Position numbers and translations under genes: made by a program. Positions 51,301-62,172 of a stretch of DNA of 64,000 nucleotides are shown here, in pieces. The stretch comes from Yuukianura sp. NJ FZ-2021 (Eukaryota). The notes below the pieces were generated by a model. The model searched no databases, was not told the origin of the DNA, and was given only the letters and a program-made list of their open reading frames with translations. Positions within the stretch are counted from its first letter, which is position 1. Each line of letters opens with the position of its first letter. Where the stretch lies: contig CM102288.1 of NCBI GenBank assembly GCA_046563655.1, positions 3,720,001 through 3,784,000 on the forward strand. The letters are read 5' to 3'.

Positions 51301-53826
51301 GACTTAAGACAAAATCGTCAACAGGAGACAGTGAACATTGCAGCAGCAGTTTTTGCTGCTGTAGAAGAAGCCAGGAAAATTTCTACTGCAACAAAGTCAA
51401 CTGATGCCAGAGTTCATGAGACCAAAGGTGTCCAAACTACGGATAGTTTGCGTCAAGGTTATAACGATTCCAAGTCACAGCCGAACTACAGTGTTGACGA
51501 ATTTATGGAAAGTTCCACTGAAGATTCTCAGGTCAATGGTAACATTATCAACGGGAATGATAAGGTATATACTTCAAATTAATTGTATAATTAATTAGTT
51601 AATTGATTTAACCGCAACGTTATCCTTTCAGGACCGCACTGATGACGCATTAGATCTGAAAAGAAACATGGACAGTCGCAGTAGTCTCGTCCAACGGTTT
51701 TTGCAGACACTAAAATCTGAGGTATTTTTTCCTGATTTTGATTTTTTTTGATTTTTTTTAATAAAACTGATGCTAAAATTTTGTTTGTCTTTCTATTGAA
51801 GCAGAACGAGTTGAAGCGGAGCACTTCCGGACCAGATTTGAACAGCACTGGTGATTCACTCTCTTCTGTCCAGTCGTCAGAATCGCTTCCAGAAATTTCA
51901 TCTCATCATACTACATCAGAAGTTCGTCCAGAACGACCAGTAATTACTTTTGCCGATGTCCTACGAGAGGTCAAGTTACTTGCAATGCTCAACACTACTG
52001 AAGGAAAGACTGAAAACAAGGAAGAATTGGTAACTCCGAAGGCCTTTGTTGAAGTTCAAACTGTTTCGGAGAAATCTGAAACCGAACAACCAACTACTTT
52101 TGAAAATGATTTTGAACCAAGTGGTTCTGAAACTACTGAAGCGCCACAAACAGAATTTCCAACAGAATTTGAAGAGCCGGTTTCCAGTTCGTCAGAGCTT
52201 TCTGAAAAGTCAAGAATTTCAGAGTTGGCTGAGAAACTGGACAAATCCGAACATGAAGCAAACTTGGAGAAGTCTGAACCAGAAAAGTCTGAATTGCTTG
52301 TTTCCAATAAGGCAGAGATCTCCGCACCCGAGTCGGAAGTTTCTGAAAAACCTGACAATGGAGCGAGTTTAGTTCCAGAAAGTGTTGAAAAATCCCTTAT
52401 CGATGTCGAAACGTCGGATTTTCAGAAAATTGAATCAGTTCAAGACTCAATTCTTACTCAAATACTGTCTGAAACGCTTCAAGATAAACCTGTTTCGCTT
52501 GAGGAAATTGAAGAAGAGTCGGCGGAAAACCCTACCTCACAAGCAGTGCCTTCCGAAATGACACAATCGCTTATTGAAGAAATCAAGTCTTCACATGAAG
52601 AAACCAAAGAGGTAAGCATTTTTGATTTTCCAAATTCAAACCAATTTTTTATATTTCACGAAGATTTTATGTTCTACAGGACGAATTTGAGGAACCAGTG
52701 TCCAGTTCGTCGGAATTTTCAGAAGCACCTAAAACCATTACTGAAGTGGCTGAAAATTCGGAAAAATCTGTGCAGGAAGCTACTGGACAGGAAGATAGTA
52801 AATCTGAAGTTGCGGAATCTCAAGCTCTGGATAAGCCGGACATCTCTGAACATGAACCAGATTCAGAAGCATCTGAAAAGTCTTATAGTGAAGAATTTTT
52901 TCAAGAAGAAGAGGAAACTTCTGAAAAATCGGCCACTGAATCTCAAGATATTCAGAAATCTGAAGCCGACTCGTTCCTGTCTCCAATACTCTCTGAAAAA
53001 CCGGAAGATGTGTCTATTATTTCTGAAAAATCTGAAAAACTGGAAGATGGATCTGCTGTTTCACAAAAATCTGAAAAAATGGATGAATCTGCTGTTTCAG
53101 AAAAATCTGAAAAAAATGAAGAATCTGTTTCAGAAAAATCTGCAAAAATAGCTGAATTTGCTGTTTCAGAAAAATCTGAAGATGAAATCAGTGCTCCTGT
53201 GATTACTGAACCCCCTGAACCACCAACATTGGACCAGAAAAGTTCAGTAATCATTGAAGAAATCGAGTCTCCAGTAGAAGAAACTAAAGAGGTAAACTGC
53301 TTTTAGATCTGCATGAAACTTTTTTGTATTATTCTGAAAATTTCGAATTTGAAATTTTGAAAACTCAAATGGATTTGAACCACATCCGACTTTGATAGGT
53401 TACAGAGGAGGTGACTTTGCCATCGGATGCTGATCGCTCTTTCAGTCCACCACCACCGCTGGACTTTGCCTTACCAGATGAAATGGTGGCTGACATGATG
53501 GAATTGGCACAGTACCGGGTACGAAAAGCGATAAAAAATTTCATTTTCAAAATTTCATTTTCATAATTTCAAATTTTGAGGTGTTTACTTTACTTTCTTT
53601 TGAGCAGGAGGAACATGGTTTCCCAGTTCGAAAACCGTGGCGGAAGTGGTGTGTTCGAGAGCGTGACATTGTTGACCACGTCCTCGTTGGAGAAATGTTG
53701 GAAGATAATCGTACGTGGATCAACTTGAGTGACGACATTAACCTCGTGACAGAAAATTTAGTCAACCGGGTAGCTCGACGTGTTGTACGTGAAACGCTCA
53801 AGGCAATTTCCATTGCCAAGTCTTGA
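48340..53826 (+). CDS. CEP350: Centrosome-associated protein 350-like, ~1670 aa
   Basis: Exons 48340-48532, 48605-51564, 51632-51721, 51805-52611, 52680-53291, 53399-53518 and 53608-53826 join in frame. RYYDPVQVKSFMEQQRE, the IQ-like AAVVIQSAFRGYKIRK and the C-terminal KW..RERDIVDHVLVGEMLEDNRTWINL resemble the conserved CEP350 blocks. The true start is uncertain (possible upstream exon 48094-48241). Confidence 0.65.
53020..53182 (+). repeat. Degenerate coding tandem repeat (SAVSEKSEK-type, ~36 nt) in the CEP350-like gene
   Basis: Recurrent tctgctgtttcagaaaaatctgaa-like units, about 5 copies. Confidence 0.7.
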
Positions 53827-54372
53827 AAAAAGTTCCGCCGCGTTTCCTATATGAACAAGACTTGCACATTCTCAAAAAATATTTTCAAAATATTTTTAAA
53901 AACTGGTAATCTAGAAAAATTAAAATTGCGCCCATCGCCTGACTGTTTTTCAAGTTAACTAAACAGCCTTAGACCGAATTCAGAAGTGATATTAAAATAA
54001 GTATGTAAAAAATTGTAAACTTTAGTTAAGGAAACTAATAATTCTGTACAAAGTACGTTAACTTTTGTGAACTGAATCAACAAAGTAGCAAATTGAAATT
54101 TTGGTCGAAACCCGCCATACAAATTAAAGCTTACGTCAACCGATTCTTTTTCATAAACTAGTTTATTTCTTGCAACATAGTAGGTACATTTAACTTTCAT
54201 AAATAAACTTTGTATCACTGGAATGATATTTGTTGTTTTGCAAAAGTAGCAATTTTGGCATCACAGGTTATGGATAGACAATGAGGGCGAACACTAATCA
54301 TCTTTTCGGTGGTGGTTCGAGGTGAGGCAGGGCGGAGTTGTGCGCGTTTATGCGATTAATTGATTAATGAGT

Positions 54373-57300
54373 TTATGATTTCCGTTTGGGAGTTGTCCTA
54401 GGTGAGAGATTTCCGGCAGCCATGGTGGGTAGTGTAGAACTCTTGAGTTTCGTTGACGCTGGAACTGGAGCTGCAACAGAAGCGTTGTTCAGGAGAAACG
54501 GCCTAAACTTTCCGACCCGATTTGACCGAAAGTGGAGTCGCTGAATGAGACTGCCCAGCGGTTTGTCGGGATAAAGTGTTTTCAAAATTCCTTCCAGGAG
54601 GACAAGCAGGAGCCGACGATTGAGGACACGGTTTTGACAAAGGTCAAAGACGCAAAGGAGGCCACGGCGCGTCGTTTCACTTCCAATGACATGCTTCAAC
54701 TCATCTGAAAAAAATGGTGGGATTCTCAACTAGTACTTAGTAGAATATAACATAACATTTTCGCAACATGATTTCACTTACCTGAAAGTGAAGAAAGTAA
54801 AGCCGCTTTGGCGCCAATTCTTGTGCGAAATTTTGTTTCTGAGTCTCTCGGTTTCGCAGGAGTAATCGGTTGACCTCCAGGCCAAAGTGTATGCCTAAGG
54901 TCACGTCAAAGTCACCATTTTACAAAATCAAGTCACAAGTTCAAGTTCTAGTTAAAATTTTTACTTACTGAAGGTGTTTCAGGTATCCAGAGACACGGAC
55001 AGGACTTGTAAGTAGCGCAACGTAGTCGACAATCCGTCGATTGAGGTTATCTCCCATCATGGTTTTGACGATTTGTCTAATCAGGACAACAATTCGTCTA
55101 CGGAGCCACTGATTTCTGGATTTGAGGTCAAACACTTCATCTATCAGCAACAGAATAATTCTCAGAGGAATGTTGTCTACGGTCTAAAAAAAATCACAAT
55201 ACGAATTAAAAACTTGGACTACTTTTCTAAATTCTAAAAATAGCGTGTTACCTCAGAGTCCAGCGATGCTCCGACTTTCAGCGCTTCGCTGAAATCTACA
55301 GAAGTGCTCTTGGAGTTGAAAATTTTCGTCACAGCAGTATCCACCGTATTGAAAAGTGTGTCCGGCATGGCTTTGACAGCATGTGTCACAGTTTTTACGG
55401 ATTGCCTCAACGGGTTTACCGTCATGTTGACAAAAGAGTCAATCTACAAGTAACAAAGTAATCATGAAAATGATTAACCAATTAGGTAATAGTAACTAAC
55501 ACTCACCTTGTCACTAAACTGTCTTCGTCGATTGACATAAGGTCGCGGCTCCAGAAAATGGAGTAAGCTGTCTTGCAAAGAGGCTCCGAAGCACTAAAAA
55601 GAAAAACGTCACGAAAACGTTTAGTTATGCCAAAATATATGATTTTTCCAAAATTCTTACCGGTTCATTTGTTGTGATGAGAATACTTTCCAAATACTTG
55701 TTCAGTGAAATCATTCGTTTTTCCAAAAATGCTCTATCAGTTTTTCCGAATGTCTGTTTACTCGGAAACTCCAATTTGCTCAGTCTCATCCACTTTGCTT
55801 TTATCCACTGATGAAAGTCATAGAAATCCGAATATCGTCGATAGATATGCCACTCCTTCTCCAGCCCTCCATGCTCCTCCCTCTTCGTCGCCTGAATCAC
55901 ATACACTCCAAACGTACTTCCCTTCTCAGCTGTCAGTGCAACTTCAATTATCTCAGCTCTCAAGCGATAAGTTCTCTCCCACGTCGTTTTTTCCCACACT
56001 CGTAAATCCTCTCCAGCCAACCCCTCTTCTTGACTCTTGATTTTGAGACATTCACGACATGTCGTAAATTCATCAGTCATTAATCTTGAATTGGCATCGA
56101 AACTACTCTTCTTCCGCTTTGAATCCAACACATCTCCAGTCCTGTCGACATGAATGATGTCTTCGTCATCTTCTTCATCTGAAGCTGAACTTTGACTATG
56201 AGCTGACACTGTTTCGGCTTTGAGAAGATCCAGTTCCATAAGGCACTTGATGAAAAGTTTATTTCGAGTAAATGCTGGGTAGAACTTGTCAGTAGTTTGA
56301 AGCGTTTCGATGAGAGCTTCTTGGATTTGGTCAAAAAGCCCTGCCGTGATTGGTTCTGTACGGACTTGAACGTAGAACTTTTTGACAACTTGTTCTGGTA
56401 GTTTTACTCTTGGGGAGGACTGTAAAGAAATGAATGTCATCAGTAACAACATCTTTTGAAACAAAGACGAAAAGTGGAAGTTAATTTTTCTTTACCTTGT
56501 CTGATAGAAATTTTTCATAAACATTGAAAGCAGCATCCTAAGAGAACAAAATCGTTGCTGAAAATATTTGGAACGTTTTGAAATTCAACCAAGTACTTAC
56601 CCGCATGCAGTCGAGCATCTCTTGGTGATTTTTCGTTTGATCTTTCCCATGTTTTGGAGTTCGATTACTCTGGTCAATTGCTTCCAACTGCTGCTCAGCA
56701 GAAACCCTCCAAGCTTAGTTCAATAACAAAGTTAATCGATTAATCATAAGTATGAGATCGGTTTTGTTATTGAATACATACCGTCAGCGTTGAGGTACAT
56801 GATTAAATAGTGATTTGAACCTATTGAAGACATGAAGTCCATAAAGTAAGAAAGCGCAATACTGTTCTTGAGTACTTCTCTGTTAGAAAAAAAAATAGAG
56901 TTAAGTAAATTGAATTAACATGAGATGCTGTTAAGTTTAATTACTCCAGTGGAAGTGTTTGTAGTTTGAGTCCAGGTTGCATAAAGTAAGCTTGCCACTC
57001 ATCTCCATCCGTATCGTCTATCCAGTCTCTCGATTTCCCTTCCTTGACAACGCTCAGCTGATGCTCAATTCTTTTCCGAACAGAAGCCAAGGATTTGAGC
57101 TGTTGTCTAATTGCGCTGATCTCATCGGAGTTAGATGTTTGTTCCAGGGCCTTTTTCTAAGAAAGAACGAAAACACATACAAAGATTGTAATAAACCCAA
57201 AGTTAAGATACAAATCTTGCGTTACTAGATCCGCCACTTGCTGGTTGCAAAATCCTTGGGCAGCAAACAGTTCGTCAATCGAATCACTCGTGCTGATAAC

Positions 57301-58543
57301 TGCCATGAAAATGTCAGCGGGCACTGGAAAATCCTCACACTTCAACCGAAACAAACCAATTAGTTGATTTAAAAATTAAAATTCTTGTAGTATTCGTGAA
57401 AATCTTACCAACCAAATGATGGCTTGATTGACGAAATCTGGATCAGAGAGTAGATGTAAAACGGGAATAAAAACGTGATTGACTAGCAAATCCTGTGCCA
57501 GCACACCAGCTGGAGCACAGTTGTAAACTTCTTGTGGAAGGATTAAGTAGAGGAGGACTTGGGTTAGACCTTGGAAGTAGTCTTAAACAAAATAATTAAT
57601 TTATAATATATATACGTAAGTAATTTGCAATAAATAATCATTACATTTCGAATTCAATTACCGACTATGTGAGACTCATCTGTAGAGACCATATCTCGGC
57701 ACAAGTTTTTCTCCATACTTGCTTCCAGGTCAAAGAAGGCAGAAATTAAATCAGAATTAGGATTTTCCTTGAGTTTGATTAGAGATTGACGGAAGATTCG
57801 GAGGTGAGTAGCAGCATCGTCTACGAGATTCGTTGTCAGGTAAGGAATCCAATCCACTTCTTTTATTCTAAAAATAACATAACTCATTAGAGTAATTGAT
57901 TGATGCACTATTAACCTTTGACTTTTACCTTGAGCACAGGGTAACCAAAGCCGTTTGGATCGATTTGCGAAGCTCGTAAATGAACTCATCGTTTTCACTG
58001 ATATGATCGTACCAAATGTGTACATAGTCTCTTAGAACGTAATCTATCATCTCGTGAATGGTTTCGTCAATTAGAGCAGAACCGGTAATCCGCATGTCCA
58101 GTTTTGGTCTAGGCCTCAATTGTGGCAACTCAAAGTCTTCGCCTTCGCTGTTTCGAGTATTTTCTGCTTGTGTTTGAGGTAATAAGGAAGTATCAGAATT
58201 CCCAGTTGATATTGCTGATTCATAGTCATGATAAAATCGGAGGCTTAATCTGGAACCAGACATAACAACAATTAATAAAATGCAAAACACTGAACCATTT
58301 GCAGATGTGCAGTGTAATGTGTCACCCTTACCCTATAAGAAAGGCAACAAGGAAGAACACCAAACCGAGGATAAATTGTACACCCAGTAGTACTGCTAAG
58401 AGTAGTGTGATACTGACAATGGCTATTCCCACACTGTTCGTTGACCATGGATAAGTTAGTACTTGATCCACAAACGTTTCCCAATGGATCCTCAGCCACA
58501 TTTGCGACACCCGTCTCCATTGGGCCAGGCAGCTTAAAAACAT
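54373..58543 (-). CDS. SNX13: Sorting nexin 13 (TM-PXA-RGS-PX-Nexin_C), multi-exon
   Basis: N-terminal hydrophobic segment; PXA (ITGSALIDE...YVLRDYVHIWY, VDWIPYLTTNLVDDAATHLR); PX (WHIYRRYSDFYDFH); C-terminal DEVFDLKSRNQWLRRRIV and ELKHVIGSETTRRG. Confidence 0.9.
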
Positions 58544-59024
58544 TGTTGCGGGGGAACTACTATTAGTAGCCTATGAATCCAGGAAGTGTATCATGCAGCG
58601 ATGAAGTCAACCCCTTGGGTGACAGTCTGGTCATTGTTCACAAACAGTTACCTGAAAATACAAAATCAGGAAAAAATCCAAATTACTTGCAGAGTTCAGA
58701 GTCAGACATCAAAGAGCTGTATAAATATCGTTAATCTTGGTCACTTTACCTAAATAACTTACCTTAAATTTTGTAGTGATTAGGAGTAAGACCACCTCTC
58801 AGCTGCAGCTGTTGACGAGGAACGACAGTAACGGTAACCCGACAGCCACTACACCCGTACTAAGTGACACCAGTCGCAGTCACAGGGAGGAGGAAGGAAG
58901 GATAATAAACATAAGAATTCAGCAGGAATTTAACTAATGTTGTTGTGCAAATTTGTTGCTTGAAATTCCATACAGATGACAAAACAAAGTGCTCAAAGGC
59001 CGTTATCTCAGCGCCTACGACAAA

Positions 59025-59049
59025 TGACGTCATAAGATGACTGACGTCA
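59025..59049. promoter_or_regulatory. Two perfect CRE palindromes (TGACGTCA) upstream of SNX13
   Basis: TGACGTCA at 59025-59032 and 59042-59049, in the short gap between the syntenin poly(A) signal (minus-strand AATAAA at 59124-59129) and the SNX13 5' exons. Confidence 0.55.
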
Positions 59050-59428
59050 TGGGAGATACGATGCCGAGAGTAGCATCTTCAGAATCAGAGACACTCAAGA
59101 TTCAACTATAAATCAGCGATTACTTTATTTATGTCAGCGATACCATGTGTACAATTGCACCTTAACAAAAGCTAAACGATAAGGAACGCAATTACCCCTG
59201 AATCCTAATCCTAACATTTGGAATTTGTGAAATATTAAGAGAGAAAAAGTGTAGACTCCGAGAGTGGAATTGTTTGTTCAAGTCATTGCATAGCTTTTGA
59301 TTAGTTAGTCTACGGCAACTTTATATGGTAAATATTGTAAAAAATCCATTCCGAAGGTTATGGCTAGGCGAACAAGGACTTTGAAGCTCTAATCAACCAA
59401 GTAATTTCTGTCTCCAGTTTTGTTGGCT

Positions 59429-60918
59429 TTAAATGTCTGGATTAGAGTGATCCATTTTTCCAAAGAGTGAAGTGTCCATTTCCTTGACCATGTGAGCGAA
59501 CAAGTAGGATGGCATTACAGTCACTAAAGAAATAACAAAATATGTAAGTCTATGGAGGATTGTGTTATGGAATTCATGAATTCAATCTCCGATATGAGTG
59601 TTACCAGTCAAAGCATTTCCCTCCATGTTGGCAATGATTTTGGTAATATCCTTGTCTTTGAGTCCAATTACGTTCTTTCCATTGACTTCAAGCAAGTTAT
59701 GATCAGTCAAAAGTCCTAAACACAAGCACAGTTAAAATAGACTTGAATTGTTCTTATTTCTTAGAAAATATCTCTAGCGTACCATTGCGAGCTGCTGAAG
59801 AGTCTTTAACAATGTTGACAATCTTCCCGTTCTTGAACTGGAATCCAATCCGATCTACAGAGTCTCGAACAAGTGTAACAGTTCTTTCGAATGGCCTACA
59901 ATTTTTATAACAAAACATATTGTCAAAAAACAACTTCCAGATTTTTGTGAAGAATGTCCTAGCTAAAAGGTACCTGTCTCTAACTGCGAGCTTGACAGCC
60001 TCACCGGAGCTCTTCTTCTTAAAAATGGCATGTACCTTCTCCACTGACATTCCAGCCATGTCAACGCCATCAATCTGTAGAATTTGGTCTCCGAAGCGAA
60101 GGCCAGCTATGGGGATTCAAAAATAAAGTTGTTTGTTTGAGTACCCGAGTACCGCTTACTGAGAGTACCGAATAGGTATCCGATATAAATAATACCTCGA
60201 GCAGCAGGAGAATCCTCCATTACCAAACAAACGAACACGCCAGTATTCATAGCACGAACCTAATGTTTATGGAAAAAGTGGCACTCATTAGCATAGAATT
60301 TTACAGGATACAAAAAGCGAAAGTGGAATAGGGAAGTAGTGCTTACTCGAAGACCAACTTTATCTTTCCCCTTGACAATGTTGCAATGACGAACACCGTG
60401 AGTCACCATGGACTTGACAACAGCATTTGACCCAGAAATGGGGGCAACAACTCCCGCCCTCCCTGGGCTTCCAGCGGGAATTACTGAATAACAAAGTAAA
60501 TTTTAGTTGGCTATTCATTTCTATTCTTTCAAACGCAAGCTAATCGTTAACTAACGAGTTCCTGGTTGTTTGGTTGCAACTGCATAATCATCCAAATACT
60601 CTGGCATATTTTCACGAATGATGGCTTCCGTGAGTTCCAATCCCATGAATTCACGTAGGGAAGGGTATGCGAAGGTAGTTGTGGTGGCCATGGTTCCAAT
60701 CGGAGCTGATGGTTCATCTCCGTTTGCTGATGGGTACAGAGCATGTTGCTGATTTTGGTGATGTACTGGCACTGGAGTAAACGCTGCCACTTGAGCCTAC
60801 AAATCATAAAAAATACATTAGATTAGTCCATGCTTTCCAGTATGTTACTAACCATTGATCTACTTACCTTGATTAGCTCAGTGGCTTCCAAATCTTCCAA
60901 ACTGGGATAAATTGGCAT
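59429..60918 (-). CDS. SDCBP: Syntenin-1 (syndecan-binding protein, tandem PDZ), multi-exon
   Basis: [10 protein letters not shown] start, [57 protein letters not shown] and the C-terminal [12 protein letters not shown]. Confidence 0.93.
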
Positions 60919-62172
60919 TTTGTAATTGAGCAAATCAGAAGAGTTGACTGTGTTTCTGTAAAAATCCAACCAGGCAAGATTATTAAAGAGAAACTGAAGT
61001 GACGTTGATGGGTGGATTCGTTTAAAACCTTTCTTTGTGTGAATATGGAAAATGACAATGAACCGAAGTGAGAGTTTTACAGAGTTTATGAATGTCGGAC
61101 ACTTACGACCGATGGATGACGAGTGACAGCCAAAAAGGAGTTATGATACCTCGAGTTCAGTGTGACTCATCGTCACGAACCATTAGATAAACCTAACCTA
61201 AACAAAAGAGTCTCTCTCATATCAAATGCAAAATCAAACATAACGTGGAGTGAGTGGAGCAAAAAATCAAAACAATGGCACGGCGTAGCACATGCGCTGT
61301 TTTGTAATATTCTATAGTCATAGTCAGCCTAGCCAAGCCAGTCATTCACAGATATTATACGGTAAACTTATACATATATACAGTATTTGCGCATTTGTGA
61401 TACCTAAATTTAAACTTTCCGCGTTACATGAGTGGGCATTTGAAGGTCTAGGGTCCAGTGAAGAGATTCCCTTGGCTTTTTGAATATCTAAACTATGAAT
61501 TCAAATCAGGCAAAAAATTTACAGCTTAGTATTATAAAATTATAGAATTACAGTTAACTAGAAAGAGCTTTAATTTAGATTGTACTTATAAAAATATAAA
61601 TAAAGAATATACCCGGTCTGCCACATACCTTTACCACAAATTTGAAACGAAGGTGCGGTTCTCAAATGTATTCACTGTTGTGATTTTAGCGCACCGCTCT
61701 TTGACAGTCGTGCGATCCAAAGCAAAACTGCATCGCTGCTGGAATTTCAGAGGGCGTTCACACAGGCACATAACACCAAATTTAGGTAGTAGTAGTACTC
61801 CATGAGTTTTAGCAAAATCTCATCAAGACCAAATTTTAGGTAATCAATCACGCTAAATCATGCTAGTTGGCAAAGTCCCATGAATAGAATTAATATGTAA
61901 TGTACGTCACTGCATCCGTCACGAAATCTTTACATATCGCGTCCCGCGCCTGGTTTTGATTGAGCTCCCGAGCTGTAAGTGCACATGTATGAAGCAGTCG
62001 TGGTTGAAATTTTTTATTGATTTTTTTTAACACGTTTCAATTACGTAAACTTTATTCAGGTGTTTTTAATTAATTAACAGTTGACAGTCCCCAATTGAGT
62101 AACTCTCTCATTTCAGGTCGATAAACTTGAAAAATACCGAGGTATTTCGAAGAAACAAGCGGCGAAGGCAGT

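Noticed and set aside
61186..61204. AACCTAACCTAA as a telomerase RNA template
   Set aside because: The same motif is scattered throughout the window, and there is no supporting structure here.
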